Positions 24,866-39,519 of a stretch of DNA of 64,000 bases are shown here, piece after piece (position 1 is the first letter of the stretch; each line of letters opens with the position of its first letter). The DNA comes from Rhina ancylostomus. Its lineage: Eukaryota. The notes beneath the pieces were generated by a model. That model was not told the DNA's origin and did no database searches. It worked only from the letters and a program-made list of their open reading frames with translations. The DNA is taken from the NCBI GenBank assembly GCA_030265395.1, contig JARFYF010000050.1:16065634-16129633 (forward strand), in the 5' to 3' direction. A program made the translations under genes and the position numbers.

Positions 24866-27399
24866 ATTGGTAATTTTAACAGCACTTCTCAAACCACACC
24901 AGGTTTCTGGAGTGCCAGCAGGGATCTGAACCCACAAACGTCTGATTCAACAGTAAGAGTGATAGAAGATGAGACATGCCTTCTGCTTTTAACTATGTTT
25001 CTCACAAGCTCAACAAACACAGAGGCATCAGTCTTGCTTCTGGTGTTTCCTTACTTGTATCTTCCCCACACATGTGTATTTCAGCAGCCACAGGTCTACG
25101 TTCTCCCTTCATGTAGAATGTTAACAATTGTCCCTCTCTCATTTCTGCTGCTAAACTGTCAACGTCTCCAGGAGGAGAAGGTAGGCCCTGAATATCTATG
25201 GCCATCAGTCCTGGAGAACTGAGCTGTTCTTGTTCTGCTGCAGTGGATTCAGTTGCAGACTTCAAGGAGCCAGGACACCAAAGAAACTGAGAGGTTAGCA
25301 CGAGCCTTGTGGAGAAGAGAAATAAAAATGGAAGGAATCTCCATTTAATATCCAATAATCTCATACTGGAAATGGGAGCTTGGCTGCTGGAGGAGGGGAG
25401 TGATTAAACTGGTTGCCTCTAAACAGACAACTCCCATGCTGATACTCTGTCACAAGCCCATGTGATAACTGAGTGATGCAGCAGAGGGCCAGGAACGCTT
25501 GTAGAAAAGCTAATGCCTTAAGAAGGAAAACTGTCAAAAAATGAGGAACATATAGTGGTTATAGGTTGAGAGTCATTTTACTGTGAAAGATATCATGAAA
25601 TTAAAGTAGCATTCTGGTCATACAGAAACACATCATCCTTAACGTGTTTAATTATTACACAAATGTGAATTCTATTTGATTGTGGCTACTGAAAGAAAGG
25701 ACATCATATAATTAATTCTGCTTTAATTATGCTACTGGTTATCAGAGCAGTGCACAGCAGAAGGCATATCAAAAGTATGAGCACATATTAATGCTCTGAG
25801 CATAAGATTGTTACTTTCACTGTTACATTTTAAGCCATGGTGTAAATTATATTTTACACTTGATTTATTTTTGGTTAGATTGCTATCTTTAAAGGGGAGG
25901 ATGTTGAACAACAAATTACAGCAACCGTGTGTACTTGAAGGGAAGTAAAATGTAGAGGCACCTTTATTAGCTCACCAGGTTAATCCAGTAATTCACTAAG
26001 TCATCAGTGCAAGAAAGATCCATATACAGTTTAAAATAATTGCTGATTTAGCCAGGTGGCCATGAAGTGACTCTGATGTTCTCCATGCTCCGGGGTAAGG
26101 GGGAATTCTGGCCACGTGGTTCTGCTCCTGTATGGTATCTCATTGAAAGATTTCACTGGGTGCCAGGAGGGAATAGACTTGGGACTGGTTACGAGGACCA
26201 TCAGTGGTAAATTGGGATTGGTACTCAATATTACAACACAAGTGCAATCATGGACTTCTGAAGGATGCCCTCTGGTCATGAATCAGGAGGTGGATGTCTC
26301 CACCAGAGTTTGGAAAGGCTGAGAAATTCATCTGCGCCATTTTTCCAGCCTTAAAACAGTGTTCGAAACGTTCTTAATGCTCCTTAAAAAAAAGTTGAAT
26401 TCATCAAAAAGAGTCCCCACTTTGGCAGATGAGCTTTTTTGACTTCTGCCATGCAGTAATGAGCGGCAAAGTGTCACATGTGANNNNNNNNNNNNNNNNN
26501 NNNNNNNNNNNNNNNNNNNNNNNNNNNNNNNNNNNNNNNNNNNNNNNNNNNNNNNNNNNNNNNNNNNNNNNNNNNNNNNNNNNNNNNNNNNNNNNNNNNN
26601 NNNNNNNNNNNNNNNNNNNNNNNNNNNNNNNNNNNNNNNNNNNNNNNNNNNNNNNNNNNNNNNNNNNNNNNNNNNNNNNNNNNNNNNNNNNNNNNNNNNN
26701 NNNNNNNNNNNNNNNNNNNNNNNNNNNNNNNNNNNNNNNNNNNNNNNNNNNNNNNNNNNNNNNNNNNNNNNNNNNNNNNNNNNNNNNNNNNNNNNNNNNN
26801 NNNNNNNNNNNNNNNNNNNNNNNNNNNNNNNNNNNNNNNNNNNNNNNNNNNNNNNNNNNNNNNNNNNNNNNNNNNNNNNNNNNNNNNNNNNNNNNNNNNN
26901 NNNNNNNNNNNNNNNNNNNNNNNNNNNNNNNNNNNNNNNNNNNNNNNNNNNNNNNNNNNNNNNNNNNNNNNNNNNNNNNNNNNNNNNNNNNNNNNNNNNN
27001 NNNNNNNNNNNNNNNNNNNNNNNNNNNNNNNNNNNNNNNNNNNNNNNNNNNNNNNNNNNNNNNNNNNNNNNNNNNNNNNNNNNNNNNNNNNNNNNNNNNN
27101 NNNNNNNNNNNNNNNNNNNNNNNNNNNNNNNNNNNNNNNNNNNNNNNNNNNNNNNNNNNNNNNNNNNNNNNNNNNNNNNNNNNNNNNNNNNNNNNNNNNN
27201 NNNNNNNNNNNNNNNNNNNNNNNNNNNNNNNNNNNNNNNNNNNNNNNNNNNNNNNNNNNNNNNNNNNNNNNNNNNNNNNNNNNNNNNNNNNNNNNNNNTG
27301 AGCCACCTGCAAATTGGTATAGCAGAAATAAAACCAGACAGTCGAATGTGTGGCTGAAAGATTGATGTGGGAGAAATGGGTTTTAATTCGTACAGCACA

Positions 27400-28570
27400 G
27401 GAACCAGTACTGGAGCGAGAGAGAGAGACAGGGATAGACTTCATTGTATTAGGCTGGGACCAGTGTCCTCGAAAATTAAATAAACTAGCTGTGCAGTGAA
27501 GGCTTCAAACTAAACATTGGTGGAGTTGGGGAGGGGGTGGTGAGGGGAGATTTAGAAAGTTATTAAGGGCAAAGCAATGGCACAGACTTGCAAAGGTAAC
27601 CATACCTATCAGGAAGGGACAATGCATACAAACATAACTCCCACTTCAATCAAAGCAGGGAAAATTGATGGAGGCCCTTTAACTGAATGCATGCACCACT
27701 CATGACAATCTTAACTTTTAGAAAAGGTTGGCAAAATAGAAGAGGAGGCAGAGTAGACCTAACATTAATGAATGGGTTAACAATAGTCAAAAGAAAAAAA
27801 ATTAACTGGGAAAATCAAGTAGATTATGTTTGGGTTGAGCTGAGAAAGAGCAAGGGGCAATAACATTAGGGTGTGTTGCAGATAAACTCTCAAACAGTAT
27901 TGGTAATGGAGGTCAGTGTATAAATCAGAAAGTTAGAGACAGAATACAATAATGATGGATGTCTTGAGCAGCATCAGGGAGACAAATTCATGGAATGTAC
28001 AAAAATTGGTTTTCCCAATCAATATGTTGAGAAACCAAAGAGGGATCAGCCATTTTGGATCCAGTTTTGTGCAATGTGAAAAGATTAAAGCCTTTAGGAA
28101 CAGTGATCATAAAATGACAGGATGTGTACAGATTGAAACTGATTTAATTCAATGTGAAACCAGGCTATTGAATCTGAACAAAGTAAACTATGAAGGCATA
28201 ATTTGTATGCTTGCTACGGTAGACTCGAATGCTACATTAAGTGATATCACAGTAAATTACCAGAGGCTAACTTTACAAGTAACATAGATCCCTCCAAGGT
28301 AAAACAGGAAAAGTGGTCCAGCTATGGCTACCAAGAGAAGTTTAAGATAGAATTAGATCAAAGTACATGGTTTATAAAATTGCCAAAAAACAATTGGCCT
28401 GAAGACTTCAGCAAAAGAAAATTGTAATTGGTTGCTTCCATGGATATGCAAAAAGGAAAAGAATAGGCAAAGTTGCTGTGGGTGCCTTATAGACTGAGGC
28501 AGGAGATGTTATATTAGGAAATTAAAAAATGGCAGAGAAATTAAGCAAATATTTTACATCTGTCTCCACA
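27400..28570 (+). mobile_element. Decayed CR1 LINE 5'/endonuclease region
   Basis: gtttgggttgagctgagaaagagcaagggg, ttaggaacagtgatcataa, aatctgaacaaagtaaactatgaagg and aaatggcagagaaattaagcaaatattttacatctgtct are typical of the CR1 ORF2 N-terminal half. Confidence 0.7.
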
Positions 28571-29070
28571 ATCACTTAGAAACATGCAGAAAATTGGTAA
28601 TTGTGATTTTCACTGTCTAACAATGTGTTTTTTATTGTATTGCACAAATGAATTTCTAAGTCAATATGTTTAAGATCGAAGAACGTATTATCTTTGCTCC
28701 ATCTTACCTTTGGTACATTCCCAGCACTTCAGGTCTCAAGCAGACTAGGGCAATTAAACAGAGGAGGGTTTCACCCCCCTAAAACAAAGGATTCTTCTTG
28801 CATTATGTAACTTTTGAGCAGAATAAACAGGAATTAACCTTTAACGTTTATAATGGTTCATCCTCAGTGGAAAAATGGGTATCTTGTGTATTCTACTGTA
28901 GTGCAGGCATTAGGAAACTTGCAGACTAATAGGAATTACTTGTTGAATTTTATGTCACATGAAGAATCAAGCAAAGAGCTTCCAGATCAGCATCATGGTG
29001 CACCCTCTAAACAACTGCAGACAATATTTCCTGAGCAATCACACAATGGACAAACCTTTTTTTTAAAATA

Positions 29071-29076
29071 TTTATT
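29071..29076 (-). terminator. Candidate polyadenylation signal AATAAA
   Basis: Plus strand tttatt. Downstream on the minus strand is ggtttgtccattgtgtgattg (GU-rich). It sits at the boundary between UTR-like and repeat-rich DNA. Confidence 0.45.
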
Positions 29077-32000
29077 CAGAAGCCAAGTTATCTATAAAAA
29101 TCTTAATACTAAAATGCTTTTACATAGAGATTGTGTCCATAAAACTTATTTTTTTTAGTGTTTACACAAAAACTGAGACCATAGTCATACTTTACACATT
29201 TACAATAGGGTTTTTACTACATTTAAACACTTTTTTTTAGAATAACAGTTCCTTCCATTTCAACAAAAAAACTGAAAACAAAATAAAAAACAAAAATCAA
29301 CAAGCTTAAAAAAAAAGCTCTCCTGGGTTTTCAGTTTCAAAATATTTTAATATCTAGTAAATAACTCTGTAATATTGTAGTTTTTTTATTGTATAATTTT
29401 TTTAAAACTTCTCCTTGTAGGATTAAAACGCTATTGAGCAAGTCTCAGACGGGCCTGCGCCATTTCTTGCCCATTTATTTTCCCATGATGCATCACAATT
29501 CCAGTCCCCAGAAGCTCTCACTTTACAAGCAAATAAAAACCCAGCCAGCAGTGAGGAAGTATTGCACTCGTGTCACTGGACTGAACAAATAGGTAACAGA
29601 ACGCCTAGCAGATTGGTCCAATGGTGACATCACATCAGGTACCAGATGAAACACAGCCAGACCTCCAATGGGGTTGGATGGGGCGGGGAGGAGAGGTGGG
29701 GGTTTGGGGTTTGGTGTACCCATCATTTCTCTACTGTGCATTCTATTTTTAAAACTTCAGATGCAAGGCCACCCTAACTCAATCCCTCTGGCAAAAGGCT
29801 GGGTCCCCAAAGTTAGCACTGCCTTTTTAAGAAAAAATTTCTCCCTCTGATTTAAAGTACAGAATGTCACAGGAAATTCTGTGATGCACAAGGGATTCTT
29901 ACATCAAGTAAAAGAGCCAGTACAGATCAGCTCAGGTAATAATGGACGCTAAAATCCACCTCATTTTTTTTTAATATTACAACATATTTGTTCAAAAGTT
30001 GCAACTTGAAAGATTATGCAACTAACACATTTTACTCCAGTCACCTGTGATGAATCTACTGAACCACGTCTTATAAATGCACAAATATCTGACTTGCAAG
30101 CCAGAAATTCCTAACAAAGCTACTTCTTGAGTTGACCATTGACCTTTCCAGACAAAAGGTCAATAATAATTTTGCCCAGGAATAATATACAGTTTAAGTT
30201 AAAAAAAGAAGAGAAACCTGTTATTTGTTCTCATGTGAAAGGTCTTCATTCATTATATCTGAAAGAGCCCCAAGCACCATGGGAATCTGGTTCTCTTTAT
30301 CTTTCAGCTGTTGCTATGGAACCAGAGTATCCCATCTTTCACTAAACCACCCGGTTGATTGATGAGCTTGACCTATTGAAAATACAGGATATGTGATTGT
30401 GATGTCACACTGCACCAGTCTATATGCAAAATGGTCAGTAAGTGAAAGTTCAGATGCCAAAGGTTAGTCTCACACAAAAAACACAAGCTGCAATTTATCT
30501 TAAATACATTTTTGATATATAAACAGGCAAACTCAAATAATCCTTCTGGAGGGCAGCCATGTTACGTGAAACATAAAGAAACCCAGGTGATTTTCTGTAA
30601 CATGGCATTGTTAAAAACCATGATACCCCTGTGAGCCTCTGCAGGATGCTCACACAAAAGTACTAAGAGAATATAAAAGAAATCCCCAAGAACTGAGTTG
30701 CAACAGTGATATAAAAAACTTTTACAACATATTAGTGTTTCAAAGCAACAATAATGAAATACTACATTGATAACCTGCAAGAACAAACAATGGACTCAAA
30801 CTTTAAAACACCTCTTGTAAACTGTGGTTGTGTTCATTTTGATGGAGACAGTGTCCCTTTTATGATAACTGTGTGGATTTAAAAAAAACTACTGTAAAGG
30901 TAATAGCAAAACCTTTACTTTCATTCATTCTAGGAAATCATAAAGCACATGTGGAGAATGGCAAGTAGATAAACCACATGGCACCATCACAATGCTGAAC
31001 AGCACATAAGCAAAGCATTCTCCCAACTTCACACCCTTCGTTAGGATGACATTCCCCTTTCTATTTAAATTCCATGATGGTGGCATCGTTAACAGAATAA
31101 ATACCACTGCTAAAACCTTTGCAAAGTTGATTCATTGATAACAAATAGTTGATGTCCTATCGAGAAAACCATTGTAATACACTGCAAAACACACACAGAC
31201 TGTAGTGGGATAATTTCCTGTCCTAGAGAGAGACAACCTGTACTTGTACAATGCAGCCAGAGGATTTGCGGCAATCACGTATTAACAATGTGACACCCTG
31301 CACGGCTAATCTTTCTAGTTTAACAATCTCACTGTTATTTTCTGTTTTACAATAGATTTTGATTTCAGTTCAATTACCCAAGTTATTTTATCACCAATTC
31401 ATCCCAAACTGACATTATGGGCACAGATTTGCCTGCTTGCAGCCAACTAAAGATCAATCCAAGGGCTCACTTGTGTAGTTCACAAGATAAATTGGCGGTC
31501 CCTCCCAATTTCCACTACATAAACTCATGGTCTAACAAACACTTAGCCTGGATTTTCTTTCCACTTCCTGAATGCAGTTCCAGTGAGAAGTGGTAAAAGA
31601 TTAAACCCACATAAACATGAAGAATTGTTCAACAATAAAATAGGAGAAGTTATATAGGTTGAAAGGGTACTTAAAGAGAACCCACTTCCTCACACCGATT
31701 GTCCTTGACTTAGAGCTGTTTTTTCCATGATTGATCCTGAAGTGCTTATTTTTAAATTTTTATGTAAAAAAATGAACAAACATTTCATCTTTCTGTTCTG
31801 ACTCTGCTAGGTTCTGTGGTGCTAAGTTCCAGCCAAAAGATGCTTTGATTTTTAAAGCTGTGAAATATCTTTTTCGATCCCTTTGCTTTAATCAAACCTA
31901 TATTTACCTAACATCACTTTGGTGTTTTTAAAAGCAGGGATAACCCCTATAAGGATTTCAGTTGTAAACAGTCAAGGGGTTAATGACAGCAAGAATGAGA

Positions 32001-34079
32001 GTAAATATTAGATCAATGTAAATGAGTAGGACCTACATGTAGAACAATCACAGGTCTAAAACTTGTTATACTTCAAAGTTCTTGCAATCTTGCCCCTAAT
32101 GCTGAAAGAATAGTACATAATATCAAGGTCATCCCCAAGGAACAAATGGGTTCATTTTCACAGTCATCCAGAAGCAGATTTTGTCCAAGGGTCAGAAAAA
32201 ACAAATTACTTGATATGATAATTATACCTCCAAGGTATTGTAATAAATCGAATCAAAACACTTAAGTCAGAATAGAAAGAACAATTACCAAAAGTGGAAA
32301 GAGGGGACTAGTTCTGCCATTCATAGGAACAAACATTTGTAGGTACATCAAATATTTGAATTTAATAACTTAGGGCGGCCAGCTCGTATGTACGAGTGTT
32401 CAGAAGTCAGGCCTTCGTAACCTGGCGACAGCCTGTAATTCACAGGCAGCCATGTCATTGTGGCTTCACACTTGTGGGCTGATGTGACACAAAGATTCTC
32501 TGCCATCCCTCACCTCAAGCAACCTTACGGAGAAGGGAAATACAAAGAAGTTCGCAGTTTTATCTTTGGGGGTGACTCAGTCCAGATCACACCCATTGCT
32601 CTCTTGTAGGTGCTTTAAGAGGAACATGGACAATTCAGAAGTTAGTTGGAAGAACCAGGAGGCAGGAGCAGATAGAGTTATCAGTATGGAAGATCTCATT
32701 TCTATCAAGCAACCCTTAACTTATGATCGCAGGTGTAAGTTCAAGAACCTTTATTCAAATGCATCTTTGCTGCTGTAATGAATCTGCCTGCATTAGGAAC
32801 TATGTTTATTGGAGTGAGGTGATGATTGAATTAATTCTGGAATGTTGGATGCAGCTGGCACCCATTACATAATAATTCACCTGAGTGGAATATTTTTTCT
32901 ATTTCATTAGAGTGAATAATTACTTGCATGGGCAGTGATGGTCAAATTCACTTCACTGAATGAATCATTCCCAAAAAGTTCACAACTCCCTTCTTTTAAT
33001 GTAGGTGATAATGAGATGAGGATTTACAAGATTTCTTGATCAGTAGATCTGTTTTTTTACCTAATTATGAAAGTTCCTCAGCTTGGATTTGACAAACTTT
33101 TCTCTTTGAAAGCAATTTTTCAGTCAGCACTATTTTCAGTCAGTGAATAACAACAACTGATTGTTAATCCACATTACCAAAATCAACGGAAGCCACAACT
33201 CACAGTCATCTTAAGCATCAAGATATATTCAGTGTTGTGTACTTTAGTTATTGAGTTATTTAGAGCAACAAACTCTTCTATCAAAGGACTGGGGTGTTAA
33301 TGTAAAAATTGGTCTGGTACAGATTGAAAGACAAAGTGCTAAAAATGCACAATGGTTTGGTAATATTTCAAGAAGGAAAGCTGGGTTTGTATTGGATGAG
33401 AGATGGGAGATTTCATCAGATCTGAATCTTTGAATACAATGGTTTATAAAATCAATGACATTGCACATGTTTTTCAGGCATCCTAATAAAGGTGTAAAAT
33501 CCATTCCTAAGTATGAACAGATATTCAAAGCTCACATAGTGCACAATGCAATGCTGGATCATGTGTTTCTGTGGCCAAGATGCACTAATGCATGAATAGC
33601 ACTAGGTATGCAGCCGTGGTGCCAATTATCACACAGTGCACATTTGATGTAGTTGCTGCAACATTAGACCTTGGATATATTACAGAATTAGAATGGACTC
33701 AACAAGGAAAGTAGGCTTAAAGGGAAAAGGCCTTCTTGAGAGTTCCTTAAAGACACCGCACCTGCACCATCACTGGGGAGTCTGTTGCAGAAAACAATGA
33801 TGGATTTGGGTCTGGTGCAAGTTGCAAAGGAGGTCCACAGTTTTTAGGGGAGAGATTCCTTATTCTCTATGTGTGTGTCCATCTCTGAGATACAATATCT
33901 AATACAGTGCCAGAGAAGAGGCCTATGTCCATCTCAGAGCTATCTACATCTTCTCATCCCCTAGGGGTTTCAGTTGAGCTTCCAAAGCTCCAGACATGAC
34001 CAGCCATTTCATGGGTTAATTTGGAATTCCCTTATGAGTTCTGAAATTATGCACAGCTGTCCGTGCAACTGAGGAGTCC

Positions 34080-34372
34080 AAGACCAGAGAGCATAGGTTT
34101 AACATGAGCCGTCAGAGGTATAGAGGGGGTCTAAGGAAGAATTTCATCCAGAGGGTGGTTGAAATCTGGAATGCACTGGCTCAGAAGGCAGTGGAGTCAG
34201 GTGTTCAAACAAAATTTAAGAAGCATTCGAATGAGTATTTGAATTGCTAAGGCATAGAAGGCTAATAGACCAAGTGCTGGTAAATTAAATTACTATAGAT
34301 AGGAACTCAATGGTCAGCACAGATGTAATGGGCTGAAGGGCCTGGTTCTGTGCTGATTGAGTCTCTGACTCC
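34080..34372 (+). mobile_element. CR1 LINE 3' end, antisense within the putative BAHCC1 3' UTR
   Basis: agaccagagagcataggttt..ccagagggtggttgaaatctggaatgcactg..tgggctgaagggcctggttctgtgctg. Confidence 0.85.
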
Positions 34373-36388
34373 ACAAACACAATGTTTGTGAATTGTGCTT
34401 GCAGAATTCCCCTACTGGCTCTGTGTAAGGTGGTATGGGTCCCCCTTTCAGTGCTGCTGGAGCAGGTATTTTTATGTAAGGTACAACTTCTCGCTCATTC
34501 TCTGACTTGAAATGGAGACCTTTCATTCTCATTCAGATTGCAACCAACCTGCTGTGTAGTGACTGTGTTATCTGCTTCTGTTTCTGATTTCCATGGTTTC
34601 AGGTTGCCTTTCGTCTGTGATGCAGATTTCCAGGCAGGGTTTCTGCTTCTGTGCTTGATGCAGCATGATTTTCTGTCCATTAAAGCAAACAGGTGGGAAG
34701 CCGTGCGTTGGCAAGCACAGGAGGCAATAAGCCCAGCTGCTGTTTTTAACAGCAGTGAACTTGCCATTGTGGAATGAAGCTGCAATTAAAAATAACAGAC
34801 ACGTAGCCTGAAGGAAGTTAGGGTTACTTGAGCAACACCTTTTGTCTCTCGGATTTTGCATTTAAAGCTGAAAAAGATGATGTTGTTTGTTAAAAATCTA
34901 TGTCTACCTATGGAATTGATCTACATCGGTTACAGTTTACATGTGGCTCTAAAATCAATAATGTTTTGCTCGATCTTGATGGGTTCCACATGCATCATTA
35001 TCTTAAGGAACTTAAATTGGGTAATCGTGATCTTCAACAGGGTGATGGGGACTACTGGTGCCTGTAATTCCTCCACTGTAAGCACATAGAGCCCACCATG
35101 GTATAGTCACAGATGGTAAATCAACAGGAGACACATCAGAGACCACCAGAATGCATCCTCAATTGCAAGCACGAAATGTGGAATATAAGAGCATCTGCAG
35201 GATGTACTCCACCCCCCTGAATTCAATGGAATCTAATTTCAGAAGCAGAGAACACTTACCATGTGGCACATTTAATACTAAACACTGAGGTTGAATTCCT
35301 GCATCATAGGCCTAAAGAATGAATGGACTTGAAATTGATCTGAGTCAGTGGTATAAAAGGGTGGTATTAAGCTGGCCGTCTGTTTTATATGGTGCACGAT
35401 ATTTAGCTCCTTGCAGTCAATAGAAGCAAATATCAAATGTTGCAGCTATCTTATCCAATTCTGCCTATAGGAGACAATTTCTTCCTGACCTTCTAAACTA
35501 GAATATTAAATTAGGAACTAAACAAGTCAAAGAGTGCTGGTTTGTCTTCAATGATATATATTTTCAATGAGTTAATGCTAGAGCCTCCCATCAATTCTAA
35601 TTTAAACAAAAAAGCTTCATACAGTGAATAAATTAATTGATCACTTCCTAATAAAACCAAAATACTTCATGAGATAAGCACAGTGAAAAGCCTTTAGCCT
35701 TCATAGGTTCATCCTTCACCAGTTACTACAAGTGTTTTATCTTCCACTCTCTGCAGTAAGCAGGTTTCCACTGTTCACGAAGGAGAGAAGGTGTGCTGGA
35801 AAGAGATCTACTCCAAAGTGGCTGAACCACCTTTCTTGTCTTGGCATCAAAGTTAGAAGCCTTTATAACTACCCCACATAGGTCAATAAAAGGGAGACTG
35901 TCTCTTTAACATCTGTGCATCAGAAAGGGAACAAACATGGCTGACCATTCTCTACATGTGTGCAGAGTTCTATACAACTTTTAGCAATAGGGATTATAAT
36001 TCTTTTCACCAATCACTTTTTTAAAAAAGGAACATTTAACCCACAGAGTGAATCACTCAACAACTGTTCAGTTAGGAGGTTAGAATTAGTCTGACAGAAT
36101 GATGCCACAATCTGTCTCATATAAGNNNNNNNNNNNNTTCAAAGTAAAGTCTTTTTCTCCCCCTTTCTTTTTTCTTCTTCAGAAGTTCCAGCTAATAAGC
36201 AGTCTCAGCTGAGCTGAGTAATGCAGTGCATTAAAAAAAAATTCCTGGGTTTTTACAAAACTCTCCAGGAAATAAAGTAATAACAAAAACACATTAGACC
36301 TGATTCTGCTTTGCAAAGTTGAAAGCAGACAGAGGTACTGGGAGTGTATGGCTTGTATGATGCTCATTTTCCTTCTTTCTCCAATCTG

Positions 36389-36448
36389 CACACACATACA
36401 CACACACTCACACATACACCCACACACACACACACACCCACACACACA
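36389..36448. repeat. Imperfect (CA)n microsatellite
   Basis: Directly visible. Confidence 0.9.
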
Positions 36449-37052
36449 TTGAAATAAACTCCATGCTGTTTGACCCATGGTTGAAACCTACTCCGATCAA
36501 GGTCAAGTTTCCATGTAACCATTCCAGCTTCCTTGATTCTTTGAGGCCCAGGTCTCACATCTCCAAATTTTGCCTTCTCCGTTGCTTGAGGCCTAGTTCT
36601 CTCATGTGCAAATTCAGCCTGGTCGACCCATTGATGCCTAGAAGTTATACGTTCCAATTCCANNNNNNNNNNNNNNNNNNNNNNNNNNNNNNNNNNNNNN
36701 NNNNNNNNNNNNNNNNNNNNNNNNNNNNNNNNNNNNNNNNNNNNNNNNNNNNNNNNNNNNNNNNNNNNNNNNNNNNNNNNNNNNNNNNNNNNNNNNNNNN
36801 NNNNNNNNNNNNNNNNNNNNNNNNNNNNNNNNNNNNNNNNNNNNNNNNNNNNNNNNNNNNNNNNNNNNNNNNNNNNNNNNNNNNNNNNNNNNNNNNNNNN
36901 NNNNNNNNNNNNNNNNNNNNNNNNNNNNNNNNNNNNNNNNNNNNNNNNNNNNNNNNNNNNNNNNNNNNNNNNNNNNNNNNNNNNNNNNNNNNNNNNNNNN
37001 NNNNNNNNNNNNNNNNNNNNNNNNNNNNNNNNNNNNNNNNNNNNNNNNNNNN

Positions 37053-37186
<134 letters not shown>

Positions 37187-37207
37187 TTATTAGAACATGA
37201 TACTAGT

Positions 37208-37296
37208 ATGCACACGCACACATAGGCATGTACACACACACGCACAACCTATTTTTCCACAGGCATACACGCATACCCACACATACAAATACACAA
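37208..37296. repeat. Degenerate (CA)n tract in the last BAHCC1 intron
   Basis: Directly visible; UG-rich on the transcribed strand, just upstream of the 37165 acceptor. Confidence 0.7.
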
Positions 37297-37622
37297 CTAT
37301 AAAATAATAATTTTACATTTCGAATATTTGGGAGATGCCACATCTTTAAGATTTAGCACAGACTCACACAGCCACAAATAGTGTAATTAAATATAAAATT
37401 AAAAAGTTACGCTTGGGAGATGAAGGGTTAACATTTAGGCAGTACTCCCAGATCATTGCAATGAAGGCATATTCTCATGCAGTTGTGGTTCTGAACTTAA
37501 CTGAAGCATTACAGTACTGTATTCAGGTGCAAGCATATCATCACTTACATCTGACTGTTTGTGCACTACCGGAAATAATGAATTCAGTTCTTCAACAAGC
37601 TGTTTTGTAAAGAGAAGCATTA

Positions 37623-38081
<459 letters not shown>

Positions 38082-39184
38082 TCATATTCTGCTCCTTCAA
38101 GAGAAAGGAAAGTGAGCTGAGGTTTAACAAGAGCTGTTGACTTGCTTTTGCCTGTTTTCCTGGCTGGTGAAAAATTTCTTATCATCCTTTGTGTTTCTGG
38201 AGGTTGGGACAGGCAAAGTCATATTCGGTTTCAGGGAGAGCTCTGAGTTTTCCCACACATGCGCAATTTAGATTCAAGGTTTTACTGGAAAACCTGAGTC
38301 TCTGTTTCCACCTCAGGAAGTGGGATTGCAGAGAAGCAGAGTGAGGGGCATTGATTTGCTGACGTATCCATTCTTCAGTCATGAGCTGCTACTGCAGGTA
38401 TCAGAGCGTTAGAAAAAGGGGTGGGTGGGAGGTGAGAATGTCACAGCCGAACCCAGTCTAGTCCTCATCACACAGACAAGAAGTATTGCCTCATTAAAGG
38501 GTCAGCAGCAATAATCAGGAAGAAAACATTTGCTAGTTTTTGTCCTCTGAGCCTTGTGAGCACTGATTACAATTGCTACAGAATACCTAACCAAGCAGAA
38601 ATCATGCATCAAATGTATTACATTTTTAAAGAGGATGCAACAAGAGATCAAGTGGTGGATTATTAAACTCATATTCAGTGGTTAAAAAAAACAGAAAACA
38701 CTGGAATCAGATTTCTGAAATATTAAGTTTCTCTATCCCATATGTGCCACATCACCTGCTGAATATTTCTAGCATATTTTATTATGTACTGTTATAAATA
38801 TGAATTCAGTAATCTTTTATTATATTTGCATTTTCAGTTGTCCAGCTTCTGCACCGCTTTGGTTTTGTCTTTCATTTTCAGTGGGTTTTGTGACACTTGC
38901 CTCCATGGTGTGAACTTCATCAATCTTGGTAAGGTTTTTAGATGGATTACTGCAAAGAAGTGAAATTCCTACCTCAAGGGAAGGGAAGGAAGGGGAATGT
39001 GTATTTCCCTGCAGCTCAGCTCTAAATGTTTGATCTTTGTCTCATTCAAGGACGGTACTACTGATGCACCTGACCCTGACTGGCTGTTTCCTGGGCAGAG
39101 AGAAGATGGGAACCAATTTGCAATGAAGATCTACAGGCTCCTCACAACCACAGGGATGCCTTTGCATATCACGGGGATGGGATG

Positions 39185-39480
39185 GAGACTGTCATGGCTC
39201 CAACGACCTTGGTTTAATTCTGATTGCTGGAGGTGTCTGTGTGGAGTTTGCCTGCTCTCTCTGTAACTGCTTGGGTTTTCTCTAGACGTTGTACTTTCCT
39301 CTCACAGCCTAAAGAAATGGGATTTGGTAGGTTAATTGGCCACTGTAAATTGGTCCTATGTGTAGGTGGTTGGGAGAATCTGGGGTGGTGTCTGGGGGAG
39401 AAATATGAAGAGAATAAAATGGGATTTGTGTAAATGAGTGCTTAATGCTCACCGCAGACTTGATGGGCCGAAGGTCTTTG
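39185..39480 (+). mobile_element. HE1-like V-SINE
   Basis: gtctgtgtggagtttgc..ctctctgtaactgcttgggttttc..tttcctctcacagcctaaaga..ggtaggttaattggccactgtaaattg (V-domain) and the tail gatgggccgaagg. Confidence 0.8.
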
Positions 39481-39519
39481 GGATTAATGACAGCATTAGA
39501 AATCTCACTAAAACCATAC

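Larger units (their letters stand above)
29050..36662 (-). other. Probable long 3' UTR of BAHCC1
   Basis: Lies directly downstream of the last coding exon, is comparatively repeat-poor with many A/U runs, and ends at a minus-strand AATAAA followed by GT-rich sequence. The extent is inferred. Confidence 0.45.

Noticed and set aside
26328-27444. ORFs of 290-356 aa in the track (also near 36.5-37.1 kb and 54.1-54.7 kb)
   Set aside because: Their length comes from N runs translated as X.
32383-32396. Near-palindrome ctcgta-tg-tacgag
   Set aside because: Six-base arms are expected by chance in 64 kb.
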